Assembly: GCF_963921235.1 (NCBI RefSeq)
Contig: NC_086108.1
Location: 9,114,001 to 9,178,000 of the forward strand
Origin: Mobula hypostoma
Lineage: Eukaryota
Reading direction: 5' to 3'
Length of the DNA stretch: 64,000 bases
Under the pieces are notes generated by a model, which ran no database searches, was not told the origin of the DNA, and was given only the letters and a program-made list of their open reading frames with translations. Position 1 is the first letter of the stretch; every line of letters starts with the position of its first letter. Below are positions 25,141 through 38,454 of the stretch, in pieces. Made by a program: the position numbers and the translations under genes.

Positions 25141-27189
25141 CTTGACTTTCAATTTTATTGACATCTTTCTTGTAGGTAGGTGACCAGAACTACACACAAT
25201 ACTCCCAATTAGGCCTCACCAACGTCTTACACAACTTCAGTGTTGTTACACCTAACTCGACTACTTATAAGCTCATTGTTCTATACCCCAAATAAAGAAC
25301 TGACACGTAGGTACAAGTCGCTTGTTTAAGGTGGTGATGGAATTGAATCATGTTGTTTGCATCAAATCGAAGAGGGGATTGTGTTGGGGCAGCCTGCAAG
25401 TGTTGTCATGCTTCCAGCGCCAACATGGCATGCCAGCAACTAAACCGAACAGCAAGAACAGGGTTCATGGGAAGCTGGGTAAACTGAGGAACTGTAATTT
25501 AGCAGTTAGACAATGCTTTACAAAGATCAGGGTTCAATCCGCCTACAAGTTCTCCCTGTGACCATGAGGGTTTCCTCCAGGTACTCCAGCTTCCTCCCAC
25601 ATTTCAAAGATATACCAGTTAGATTTAGGGAGTTGTTAGCATGCTATTGGCACCGGAAACGTGGCCCAGCACAACCCTCACTGATCTGATCTGACACGAG
25701 CAATGAATTTGACTGTAGCTTTTGAATAATAAATCTCAGGGTTGTATGTGGCAATGTATATGTACTTCAATAATAAATTTATTTTGAACTATGAATTTCG
25801 AATAGAGCAGGGGTTCCTGACCTATTTTATGCCATGGACCCCTGGAATAGAGAGATGGTGATGGGAGGGTGAGAAGAGACAAGGGCAGGCGGGTACAAGG
25901 CAGATGGACTTTTTCTTCCCCCAAGGTTGAAAGACATTTATTATCAAAGTAAATGCACAGTATATACGCTCCAGAGACCACCACGATGAAAGAAAAGCAC
26001 CAACCTCCCCACGGGCACAAGGCAACAAAAACCCCAAACACCCCCTCCTCATGCAAACGGCAAAAAGAACCTCCACACTGTGCACGTAGAATAACCTTGT
26101 TTGAGAAGATACACACAGCTCAGTTTTCTATCCTGGCTCCTCGTTGTTCAGTTCACCACTGTGACAGCTGCTTTATTTTTCCGTGCATGGAATGTGGAGG
26201 TTTCTGACAGTACAGCATCGTTAACTGGCCAGAACTCAAGACAATCAACTACACGTGAGTCGTGTAGACCAGACTACACGGAGAGCAGACATCCGTCATC
26301 AAACAACATTACTCAACCAGATTTTCATGAGAACCCAAAGATGAACTGAGCATCACCCTTTAATTCCACAGAGCTGCAGCTGGTAAAAACAATACCTGGA
26401 AACGGTAGCTGCTGCCGTGAAGTAGAGGAACCTGCATCCAGTTCGTACACGGGAATGCCCTCTCAATAACACTCTCCACCTTACGTGGCTTTCCACACCT
26501 CCATCACCATGAGGATCTCCTAGTAACCCGAGCTCGCCATTCAAAAAGACCCAGTCTTGTTTCAGTAACAGCTCTACCAAGGACGACAATGTGTCACAAA
26601 GGATAAATACAGGAGATTCTGCAGATGCTGGAAATCCAAAATAACACACACACAAAATTTCGGAGGAACTCAGCAGGTCAGGCAGCATCTGTGAAGGGGA
26701 ATAAACAGTTGAGGTCTCAGGCCGAGACTCTTCATCGTGCATTGCAAATTCTGGAAACTCAGCCAGCAGAAGAGGGTTGATTAAAGATTGAAATGATTAC
26801 ATTTCAGATTTATTTGTCACACGTACATCGAAGAATACAGTGAAATTCATCTTTTGCGCCCAATCAACTCTGCGAGGATTGAGCAACCCACAACTGTTGC
26901 CATCCCTCTGGCGTCAACATAGGATGCTCACAACGTACCCCAAGTCTTTGGGATGTGGGAGGAAATTGGGACACTCAGAGGAAGCCCACAGGGCCAAGGG
27001 AGAACGTACAAACTCCTTACAGACAGCAACCGGAAATGAACCCCGATCTTACAGTGAGCCGCTAACCGCTGCTCTATCCTAGTGTGGGAATTGACCTTCG
27101 GATCCCGAAGCGTCCTCCATGCTGGTGGTTTCCCACCCACTGAATGAAAGGTCCTGATAGACTGTTTGGTGGCTCTACCCACCGGAATT

Positions 27190-27575
27190 CAGGAGAATGA
27201 CCTCACTGAAATCTATCGAACGCCGAAAGGCTTCGATAGAGTGGATGTGGAGAGGATATTTCCTACAGTGAGGGAGTCCATAACCAGAGGGCAGAGCCTC
27301 AGAATTGATGGACATCCTTTTCGAACAGAGATGAGGAGGAATTTCTTAAGCCAGTGGCGAATCTGTGGAATTCTTTGCCACAGGCAGCTGCGGAGGTCAA
27401 ATCTTTATGTATATTTAATGAAGAGATTGATTGATTCTTGATTGGTCAGGGCACGAAGAGATGCGGGAAAAAGGCTGAGAGAGAAGTAGATCAGCCACAA
27501 TGAAATGGCTGAAATGGCAGAGCAGACTCGATGGACCAAATGTCCTAATTCTGCTCCTGTATCTTATGGTCTTAT
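27190..27575 (+). mobile_element. CR1 LINE 3' fragment
   Basis: DLTEIYR..KGFDRVDVERIFP..TRGQSLRI..FRTEMRRNFLSQ. Confidence 0.85.
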
Positions 27576-28879
27576 GACTAAGTGTGCTGAAGTCTGGACT
27601 GATTAATTGCTCTTACTTTCTACCATCTCCTCTCCCTCACAACCTCATACAACAAAACGAGGCTTCATTTACCCAGTGCCCACATATCCAGGGAGAAACA
27701 CACACACACACCTACCCACCCACCCAGAAGAAAAATCAGTGGCATTATTGCGAGGTTCTGGTAACAATTATTCTGCTTAATTGAAGAAATTAAGTGTGCC
27801 CCGTGGGCAGGAGAGACAGTGTTGACAGCAGTTTGGGAAGTTGCAGACCCACCCCCAGTTCTGGATGAATGAGAATCAGTCAATGAAATCAATCTGGATC
27901 ACCATCTTGTGACCCGCGCTGGAAAACTATGCCCGAGTGTTTGTGTTCAGCACCAGTGCTGTCTTGTGACATCCCTGCGGTTGAACATCCCAAACTCCGA
28001 GAGGGAGACTGGGCAGAGCGAGAACCTGGTAAAGTAACTGGCAGTGCCCGATACAAATGAGTATCCTGAACAGAACTGGCGCTCTCGGGTACCACAAATG
28101 AAGTATTTGTATCTTTTGTTGCCAGCCCATCGTAAGGACTCCACATGGCCATGAGCTGCTTCCTCGACAAGTGAGGCTCCCCCTCAACCACGCCCCCCCC
28201 CCCCCACCAATTTTAACCGAGCACCATCCAGAGCGTCCTGACAAGATGCATCTCTATCTGGTCTGGGAGCAGAACATCGGACTTACAAAGGACCGAAAGA
28301 ATGGCCGAGAGGACCATAGGGGTCTCCCCACGGTCCATCAGGGACATTTATCAGGAGTGCTGCATATGCAGGGGCCTTAGTATTATCAATGGTCCCACCC
28401 ATCCATCCAGCGTCGTCTTTGACTTTCTACCATCTGGCAGGAGACTCTGATGCATAAAGACAAGAACGGACAGGATGAGAAACAGCTTCTTCCCTCAGGC
28501 CATTAGGTTTCTGAACTCCCTGTCGCATCACATTTGAAGTGTCACTGGTTAATCTGTTCTGTACCTTACAATAGTTAATTTATGCACTTTACTTTGTGTG
28601 ATTCATCTGTAGTTTTATCCTTGCTTTCCTAAGTTATTGTGTGTTATGTGTACTACTGTGCTTTACACTGTGGTCTGGAGAAACATTGTCTTGTTCGATT
28701 GGATACACGTATATAGTTAAATGACATTAAACTTGACTATAACCATTGTACACAGATGGGTTTCCCAGCTGTACGTCAGTGTTAGCTGCAGGATTGCTTC
28801 GCAGAGTGAAATGTTTACATCAGTTCACCGGCACCTCGCTGATATTTTGTAGCTATGTGAGCACTACTCGGGTAGATTC

Positions 28880-29510
28880 ATTACACAGAACATTACAGCA
28901 CAGACCAGGCCATTCAGCCTACTCAAACTCTTCTCTTTTACATAGCCCTCCGTTTTTCTATCATCCATGTGCCTATCTAAGAGTCTCTTAATTGCCCCTA
29001 CCACCACCTCTGGCCAAGCATTCCATGCACCTAACACTGTGTATAAAAACCTACCTCTGGCATCCTCCATACTTAAAAATTATGCCCCCTCATAGCACCC
29101 ATTTCCACCCTGGGAAGAAGCCTCTGGCTGTCCACTCGATACATGCTTCTTATCATCTTGTACATTTCTATCAAGTCACCTCTTATCCTCCTTCACTCCA
29201 AAGACACAAGCCTTTACTCTCTCAACTTATCCTCATAAGACATGCTCTCTAATCCAGGCAGCAGCCTGGTAAATCTCCTCTGCACCCTCTCTAAAGCTTC
29301 CACATCCTTCCTATAATGAGACAACCAGAACTGGACACAACACTTTAACTATGATCTGACCAATCTGTGTTTAAAAAAAGCTACCTCTGACATTCCCTCC
29401 CCGATACTTTCCTCCGATCACCTTCTAATTATGCCCCCGCGTATTAGCATTTTCTGCCCCGGGAAGACGACTCTGGCTGTCCATTCAACCTATGCCTCTT
29501 ATCATCTTGT
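28880..29510 (-). mobile_element. CR1 LINE 3' fragments
   Basis: GAWNAWPEVVVG..KRLLDRHMD; tccaggcagc..ggtaaatctcctctgcaccctct. Confidence 0.75.
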
Positions 29511-31089
29511 CCCTGGTCTGATTTCAGATTCTGATCTGCTACTCCTTGGTCACTCCAACACAAAGTGTTGAGTTTAACTTGGCGATCCTAGGCACAGCGC
29601 ACTGGCAGAGCAGGCTGATCCGGAATAAAAACACAGCAACAGACACAAAATGCTGGAAGAACTCAGCAGGTCGGGCAGCATCTATGAAGGGGAAACCACT
29701 GTTGACAGTTTCAGTTGAGACACTTCAGTCCACTACAGTCTCCCTGAGGTATGGCTACCCTATAGTTTAAATCTCCTCCACAACAGGAGTTCGAAGAATT
29801 CAAAGTACATTTACTATCAAAGAACGTATAAATTGTACAAACTTGAGATTTTCTGCTTACAGGCAGCCACAAAACAAAGAAACCCAGAAGAACCCAAATA
29901 AAAAAAGACCAACACCCAACGCACCATAAAAGAGGGAAAAAAAACAAATCTTGCAAATAGAAGGAAGCAACAACTTTCTGAAACCAATTGACTTCTTAGA
30001 TCCGATAGCACGGAGTAAGGCCGTAGCATCGGTCTCAGTTCATCATTTAGCAGGGCAAATCACCATGAAGCTGACAAACACAAAGCCACAAAGCAAGAAA
30101 GCCGGCCGAGTTCAGTGAGACACTCTCTCATGGCTCCCCCTCTGCGGTTTCTGCTGCTGACTCTTCGACCAACTGCTCACTCAAATTCGCTACCACAGCC
30201 ACATATCCTCTCCCTCCCTTCCCCCCCCCCCCGCCACACCACCTTATTCTGGTTTCTTCCCTCTTCCTTTCCAGTCCCAGTGAAGGTCTCAACCCGAAAC
30301 ATCAACTGTTCATTAATTTTCATAGATACCTGACCTGCTAAGTTCCTCCAAGTTTGTGTGAGTTGCTCTGGATTTCCAGCACCTGTGTTTACGAGTCTGA
30401 GCCAGATTATCAGATTTGTATTTAACCAAATGCTAGGTAAACAATGCTGCTGGTGGATGAAGAGTAAGCACTGTTTCCCCAAAACCAGGAAATCTCCCTG
30501 CTCTTAAAATAGCTGCCATTTGAAATTCAGTTCCTTAAAAATAAAGGCAGTGTAGTTCTTGCAGAGACACACACACGCACGCAACCAAATGACCACGGTG
30601 CAGCCACAAAACATCACAGCATGTAAAGCAAAATATTACCATGAAATACGTGGTTTGCGTCAAATTCAATCAGCAAGGATGTGCTGGGGGCAGCCTGCAA
30701 GTGTCTCCAGGCTTCCAGCGCCAACTCCTGGCTCGCCAAGTTCCTCCAACAGTTCGTTTTTAGCTCCAGATTCCAGCACCAGCAGGCTTGCACTTCCCAA
30801 CAATTAAAAAATTGCATAGAAACACTGCACTCAGACAACAAGGAAAGAACGGATATCCCTGCCCCTCAGGCAGAACCCAAAGACATCAGCCTCAAAGTGC
30901 TCATATCACTCAATGGCCACTTTATCTGGTACCTAACAAAGTGGCCTCCGAGTGTACGCTGGTGGCCTTCTGCTGCCGTAAGTTCGATGCGCTACGCGTT
31001 CAGAGATGCTCTTCTGCACACCATTGTTGTAATGTGAGGTACTGTCACCTTCCTGTCAGCTCGAATCAGTCTGGCTATTCTCCTCTGAC

Positions 31090-32839
31090 GTCAAGTTCAA
31101 GTTGAGTTCATTGTCATTCAACCATACACATGTATACCGCCAAACGAAACAACGTTCCTCTGGACCAAGGTGCACAACACCGACACATTGGCTCTTCGCT
31201 CAACCCCGGAAAATCTGCACAGCAAAGATGCATGTATCAGGATGTTCTTCACTGTCTGCAGCTCGGCTTTCAATACCATCATCCCCTCAAAACTAATCAA
31301 TAAGCCTCAGGACCTTAGCCTTAATACAGATATTCCTAACCTGGGGTCCTTGGACCCCTTGCTTGATGGTATTGGTCCATGACATAAAAAAGGTTAGGAG
31401 CCCCCATCCTTGTGCAATTGGGTCCTCGATTTCTTCATTTGCTGACCCCAGTCAGTTCAGATTGGCAAAAACATCTCCTCCATGATCTCCATCAGCACAG
31501 GAGCACCATAAAGCTGTGGGCTTAGCCCCCCCCTCCACCCCCGCTCTACTTGCTTTACAATTATGACTGTGTGGCTAAGTACAGATCCAATACCATATAC
31601 GAGTTTGATGATGGCCAAATCAAAGATGGTGATGATTCAGCATATAGGAGAGAGATTAAAAACCTGGCCAAGTGATGCCACAACGACAACAATAACCTCT
31701 CAATGTCAGCAAGACCAAGCAGCTGATTATTGTCTTCAGGAGGATGAAACCAGAGGTCCACTGGGGGATCAGAAGTGGAGAGGAAGAACAACATTAAATT
31801 CCTCAGTGTTATCATTTCAGTGGATTTTTCCTGGGCCTTGCACACAAGCGCCATTACTAAAAAAGCACAGCAGGGCCTCTGCTTTCTTAGATGTTTGTAA
31901 AGATTCAGCATGACATCTAAAACTTTGACAGACTTTTATAGACACGTAGTGAAGTGTGTATTGACTGGCTGCATCACGGCCTGGTATTAAAATACCAATG
32001 CCCTTCAGATCCTCACCGCCCAGGACATGTTCTCTTCTCACTGCTGCCATCAGGAAGGTAGTACAGGAGCATCAGGACTCACACCATCAGGTTCAGGAAC
32101 ATTTATTACCCCTCAACCATCAGGCTCTTGAACCAGAGGGGATAGCTTCACTCAAGGGGCTGGAGATTTTTCTGCCAACATGGATTGACTGTGGCTTTTC
32201 TGTCAAGTAGTCCAGGATCCAGTAACAAAGAAGGGTGGTGAGATCCAACAAGGACAGTTTCCCACCACCTTCTGAGGGATGATCACATAAAACATCTAGC
32301 TGAAGCCAATAAACAGCATCCTGGTGTGTGCGATCCATAATGTCATCCTCTTGGGCACCAAGATCCAAGGGTCAGAGGACTGCTCGGGAGAAATGTTGAA
32401 GATGTTTGCTAGAACCTCTGTTAACTGGGCCAGTACCCAATTAGGCCCTGCAGATTTACATGGGTTGACCCTGGCCAAGATCTTCCTCACATCAGCTGCA
32501 GCCAGAGTGTCTGCTCCTTGGGGAGAAGTTGGGGTGGGGTGGGGTGGGGTGGGAGGGGGGGTCTTTCTCACCAGCACAATGTACTGTACATCAAACTGAG
32601 CATAAAAGACACTCAGCCCATCAGGAAGAGAAGCGCCACTATTCTTGACATGCAGGGTGGACTTGTAGTCTGTGGTGGACTGAGTACCCTGCCACATGTG
32701 CCTCGTGCCTTTGGTGTCACAGAAATGGCTGTATATTCTTTGTGAATAATCCTGATGGCATGGGAAAGCAGAGCTCTTGCTGGCCTGAGAGCTATCTTAT
32801 CCCGCGATCTGAAGGCAGCACACTGCTCTCTCAGCTGTG
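31090..32839. mobile_element. Rearranged Rex1/Babar insertion (minus 3' tail, plus-strand RT piece, minus RT piece)
   Basis: Plus strand [15 protein letters not shown]; minus strand ASLPDGLSVFYAQFD..DVRKILARVNPCKSAGP; flanked by CCTC(T)GAC. Confidence 0.7.
31327..31405. mobile_element. hAT-type mini-MITE (degenerate)
   Basis: Similar to 11635-11714 and 50006-50086. Confidence 0.65.
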
Positions 32840-33649
32840 CCTCGACCTCTCTCATTAACAAGGCGTTTTCATCCACAGAACTGCTGCTCACTGAATACGT
32901 TTTTGTTCTTTGCACCGTTATCTATAATCTCTAGAGACTGTTGTGCAGATCCTAGGAGATCAGCAGTTTCTGAGGTACTTAGACCACCCTGTCTGGCACC
33001 AACAATCACTCCGCAGTCAAAGCCATTTAGATCACATTTCGTTCCCCATTCTGATGTTTGGTCTGAACAACAACTGAACCTCTTGACCATGTCTGCATGC
33101 TTTTATGCATTGAGCTGCAGCCACATGATTGGCTGATTAGATTTTTGCATTAACAGGTACAGCTAATGGCGGCCACATTAAATGTATAATCTCCACCCAA
33201 CATTCCCAGAGGAATGAGTTAATTGGTCATCACCACACTGCTATTTGTTTCACATCACCACGAAGCAGGAGAGAGTCCAATGACCCACTGAGTGAACGCC
33301 AGCTCTCTGAGAAATTCCATCATGCCCAGCCCCAATTTATTTCCCTGCCCTCACTGTGCACAGTGACCTAACTTTAGGCTATCGACCGAATCCCAAACCA
33401 CTTTGCAACAGCCCAGGGTCATACAAAGCACTGGGGGAAGAGCAAGGACTTGTTTTGTTCTAATGGTCTAGTCACAGAGCTGAGAAACTCATCTTTTGAC
33501 CCATCGATTCCAGGCCAGCAGTCAAGCGTCTATCTTACATGAATCCCAAGCAATAATCTACTCAGTTCCTCCAGCAGCTTGTGTGTTGCATCTCCAGTCT
33601 TGTGTCATTACACTAGTCCTACCTTGAACTATTTTGTTCTCCCCAATCC

Positions 33650-34070
33650 CTCTCTGCCAAAGGAGGTGTAAGGTGTTCCTTCCCTTCACTAGCCTGCAGG
33701 TCACCCTTGGGCGAGGTGTAGCACCTGCTTAGACCACACCCCTCCCCACACCAAATCAAGGTCATGTGAAGCCATGGGAGCAGGTGGTGGATGGTCGTAT
33801 GAGCAGAGGGTGCATATCACAAGTATCCTAGTTATGTGACCACTGACGCCAATCAGGCAATCTCTTAATAGTGGCCGGGGGTGGGGTGGGGGGTACCCAT
33901 CTTGCAACGACACTGCCCAGAATGCAATGCAAGCAACTTCTGTGGAAAAGTATGTATAGGACGATCATGGTCTATGACAATGATTGGCATATTTTTCTAT
34001 AGAAGAGGCTTGCCATTGCTTTCTTCTGGGCAACATCAAACACTGCACATAATGAAGATGATGATGATGA
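33650..34070 (+). mobile_element. RTE-derived non-autonomous element, family B
   Basis: Family core sequence; (TGA)n tail near 34052-34070. Confidence 0.7.
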
Positions 34071-34599
34071 AGCCCTTCAGATTCTACTACACACTCAGTA
34101 TACCTTCAGAGAGGCCAATTAACAGAGCAACGTGCAGACCTTTGGGACATGCAAACAAAGTTGAGCTCTGAGAAAACCCACAAATCCACAGGAAGAACAC
34201 GCAAACCCCAGGTGCACAGCACTGGAGGTCAGAGTGAACACAGATCACTGTATTAACCCAGCTGATGGGCAGAGGCCGCACTGGCCCAGCTCACTGGCAG
34301 AGGCTGTACTAACCAAGCCACTCGGAAGTAGATGCTTAGTCAGTTGAACTGTTTGCTCATCTGCCACACCTTCTGATCAAAGTCAAACTCTAACCACACG
34401 CTGAAACCACATCTTCTGAGCTAAATCAACACAGCACACTTTTGCTTACTCAAAATTGCCCTCAATCAACCTTCATCAGACCTTCTCTCTGTGTGATGGA
34501 TAATTAGCTACCCTTTGTTTCAAAACAACTGGTAACTAATCTGTAACCAGTGGTGCTACCCAAAAATTAATAGTTAAAATTACCATTTCACGAGGACTG

Positions 34600-36222
34600 G
34601 AAGATTGAGGGGAGATTTGACAGAGGTATACAAAGTTATGAGGGGGATAGAAAGGGTAAATGCAAGCAGGCTGTTTCCACTGAGGTTGAGTGGGACTACA
34701 CAGAGAGGTCATGGGTTAAGGGTGAAAGGTGAAAAGTTCAAGGAGAACATGAGGGGAAACATCTTCACTCAGAGGGTGGTGAGAGTGGGAATGAGCTGCC
34801 AGCGCCAGTGGGACATGCAAGCTCGATTTTAATGTTTAAGAGAGAAGTCTGGACAGGTATTTAAATGATAGGGGTGTAGGACGCCATGGTCCCGGTGCAG
34901 GTCAATGGGAGTAGGCAGTTTAAATAGCTTGACATGACTAGATGGGCCAAAGAGCCTGTTTCTGTGCTGTACTTTTCTATGATTTTATAAAAGCAATGTA
35001 GACACTTTGTAAAGCATTGGTCAGACCACACCTGGAGTACGGTGAGCAGTGTTGGGCCACTTATCTAAGAAAGGCTGTGCTGGAATCGAAGAGGATCCAG
35101 AGAAAGTTCACAAGAATGATTCTGGGAACGAAACGGTTAATGTATGAGAAGCATTTGATGGTTCTAGGCCTGTACTCACTGGAGTTTAGAAAAATGAGGT
35201 GGGGGGGGATCTCATTGAAACCTATCAAATGTTGATAGGCTTCTGCCAGGAGGGCGGAGGAGATGGTGGCATGATGCAGCATGCGTGGCCATTCCGAATG
35301 ATATCCTATGTGTTAACTAGGGGTCATGCACAATCCGGATTTGATGGAGACAGCCGTGAGAAGCACGGAGGAACACCTGGAGAAACTTCTGAAATGCCCG
35401 CTTCGCTGCCGCTGCTACTGCGCGATCGAGAATCTCCAGAGACAAAGGCCCCAAATCCTCAACTTTGCCTGTTGCCGGGGCCGAAGCGCTCGGCAGAGTT
35501 GGTGCTCGGTGCCGGAGAGCTGGTCGGAGGCTCGGACTTTTCAGACGGACTCAGAGTCGGACTGTGGTTGGATGCTTCCAGGATGCTGCATCGGCAAGTT
35601 TGCGGCGCTGGGGGTTCACTGTCTGCATGAGATGATGAGACTTTCGAGAGACTTTGAGACTTTCACTGTGCCATGGTCTGTTCTTATCAAATTACGGTAT
35701 TGCTTTACACTGTTGTAACTATATGTTATAATTATGTGGCTTTTGTTAGTTTTTAAGTCGGTTTGTCATGTGTTTCCGTGATATCATTCTGGAAAAACAT
35801 TGTATCATTTCTTAATACATGTATTACTAAATGACAATAAAAGAGGACTGTGTGTCCTCATAATCTAATCTAAATATTGAAAGGCTTAGATAGAGTGGAC
35901 GGAGAGAGGATGTTTCCTGTAGTGGGAGACTCCTGGACCAGAGCACACAGGCTCAAAATAGACAGCTGTCCCTTTAGAACAGAGATGAGGGGGAACTTCT
36001 TTAGCCAAAGAGTGGTGAATCCGTGGAACTGATTGGCACAGACAGCTGTAGAGGCCAAGACATTAGTAGATTTGAGGCGGAGGTTTAAAGGTTCTTGATC
36101 AGTCAGGGTGTCAAAGGAAGAAGCTGGGAGAATGGGATTGAGAGGGATAATAAATCAGCCATGATGGAATGGCACAGCAGTCTTGATGGGCCGAATGGCC
36201 TAATTTTACTCCTATATCTTGT
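34600..36222 (+). mobile_element. Two CR1 3' fragments, the second interrupted at 35243-35871
   Basis: RGDLTEVYKVMRGIERV; VRPHLEYGEQCW..IQRKFTRMI. Confidence 0.8.
35243..35871 (+). mobile_element. CpG-rich non-autonomous retroelement (about 630 bp)
   Basis: 16-bp TSD AAATGTTGATAGGCTT / AAATATTGAAAGGCTT; AATAAA, GAGGAC-TGTGT-GTCCTC hairpin and (AATCT)n tail. Confidence 0.75.
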
Positions 36223-36374
36223 GAATGCTTTGTACAGCCACATATTATTTATGCTTTTTTTTTGTAACTATATGGCAGAGCAGACTCACAAAAGTGGCAG
36301 GTGCTGGTTTGATTTCAACATTTAGGAGAAGTTTGGACAGGTGCATGGATGGTTCAGATAGGGTATAGAGGGCT

Positions 36375-36840
36375 AACTATACTTCATTAGAGTTTGAAGA
36401 GATTTGGGGCATCAACAAAAACACTCAAACTATAAATGTACCACAGACAGCATCCTGACAAGCTGCATCACTGTCTGATATGGGGGGGGGGGGGCTACTC
36501 CACAGGACCAAGAGAAGTGCAGAGGGTCATAAATTTAGTCAGCCCCATCTTGGGTATTAGTCTACAAAGTACCCAGGACATCTTCAAGGAGCGGTGTCTC
36601 AGAAAGGCAGCGTCCATTATTAAGGACCTCCAGCACCCAGGGCATGCCCTTTTCTCACTGTTACCATCAGGGAGGAGGTACAGGAGCCTGAAGGCACACA
36701 CTCAGTGATTCAGGAACAGCTTCTTCCCCTCTGCCATCCGATTCCTAAATGGACATTGAACCCGCGAACATTAACTCACTTTGTTAATACATATTATTTC
36801 TGATTTTCAACGATTTTTAATCTGTTCAATATACATATAC
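36375..36840 (+). mobile_element. Rex1/Babar LINE 3' fragment
   Basis: RKAASIIKDLQHPGHALFSLLPSGRRYRSLKAHT. Confidence 0.85.
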
Positions 36841-37368
36841 GGCATTACCTCAGCTCCTAAATTCAATTCCACGACTGATGAAGGCCAATACACCGTATGC
36901 CTTCTTAACCACAGAGTCAACCTGCGCAGCTGCTTTGAGTGTCCTATGGACTCAGACCCCAAGATCCCTCTGATCTTCCACACTGCCAAGAGTCTTAACA
37001 TTAATACGATATTTTGCCATCATATTTGACCTACCAAAATAAACCACCTCACACTTTTCTGGGTTGAACTCCATCTGCCATGATTATGGGGAGAAGGCAA
37101 GGGATTGTGTCTGAGAGGGAAAATGGATCAACCATGATGAAATAGCAGAGCAGCCTCGATGGGCCAAATGGCCTAATTCTGCTCCTATGTCTTATGGTCT
37201 TAACTTATTCCTCCCAAGTCTCAATTCCATCTAGTTCCATAGCATCAGCACACCCGACTGGCAGTTCGTTGTACATCTTGGACCAGGGAAACTAGTTCAC
37301 CCCAAACTCTTGCCAGTGTGCCATAGCAGCTGGTCAGATGAGATTATGGTTCACAGATTAGGAGGAAT

Positions 37369-37937
37369 ACTACTACTACTACGTCAACTCAGGCCTAGGG
37401 GGCCGGCGTCGGGCACGATGACGGATTCTCCACTTCTCCCTCTCCGTCATCAGTCTGTTCAGTTTATTTACATTAGCCACGCTGCTGTCTTCTAGGAGCG
37501 TGTTGACCATAGTCTTGGGAGGGCACCCAGGGTTCATCCCCCCGTGCTTGGGCTCCCATATGATGGCTCGGCTGGCAGGTAGCTCGGGGTGGCATAGACA
37601 GTGCCCTGCTAGTTGCAATCTTCTCACCTCGATTTTAGTGGTGAGCATCGGTAGGTTGTTATAGAGCTCGATGTTTGTCATGTGCTGTTGCCACCTCATG
37701 TCAAGAGTCATCCGGAGCATTCGTGTATAGCAACCATCTGGAGACCTTTGCATCGTCTTGGTAAGTGTCCATGACTCACATCCGTACGTGAGAATGGACT
37801 CTATGACTGCTATGAAAATCCTCTTTTTAAGCCCTCCGGTCAGGTTCGACTTCCAGATTTCCTTCATGTCGTTCATAGCCCTCCACGCCAGTGCCTTCCA
37901 TATCTTTATGTCCTTCTCCAAACTCATCATTCCAACC
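37369..37937 (-). mobile_element. RTE-clade LINE, 5'-truncated, with uninterrupted ORF C-terminus
   Basis: IWKSNL..KKRIFIAVIESILTYGCESWTLT..DGCYTRMLR..RRLQLAGH..WEPKHG; (TAG)n tail; perfect 12-bp TSD ATTAGGAGGAAT at 37357-37368 and 37938-37949. Confidence 0.85.
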
Positions 37938-38454
37938 ATTAGGAGGAATGGTTTGAATCAATATGTACAGTAGTGTACTAGTCTTAGACATATATATATA
38001 TATATATATAGATAGATATATAGCTAGGCTGCCCAAGACATTTTGTGGAGCGGAGTTTGTAAATCTGGTGGGAGCAAAGGGCATTAGGAATGGTGAGGGT
38101 GGAGTGCCGTGGATGGGGTGTGGGATGGGTGGCAGAGGAGTGCCAGGGGAGACGTGGGTGTAGAAACACTCAGCTTTAAGACACCAGGCAAGGTCATCTG
38201 ATTCGAAACAACTGGTTTATTCACCATTACAGAACGTCTCTTCAATGCCTCCTGCTCCCCCCTCCCTTCCCCCCTTTCCCAACAATGATTCCCCTCTCCC
38301 AGCCCCCTTTCCACTCTCAGTGCACAATAGAGTCCTATATCAGAATCAGGTTTATGATGTGTGATGAGATTCTTTTTTGCAGCAGTACAGTGCAATACAT
38401 AAAATTATTACAGTACTGTGGAAAAGTCTTAATATCATACATATCACACACACA

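Larger units (their letters stand above)
30907..33184 (-). mobile_element. Tc1 non-autonomous derivative (transposase N-terminus), interrupted by Rex1 at 31090-32839
   Basis: KCDLNGFDCGVIVGARQGGLSTSETADLLG helix-turn-helix remnant at about 32950-33050; CACTCA.TGGCCACTTTAT terminus; sequence at 31089 continues at 32844. Confidence 0.8.

Noticed and set aside
26353..26742. 129-aa ORF as a host gene
   Set aside because: Starts inside a Penelope pLTR, and the remainder resembles no protein I recognise
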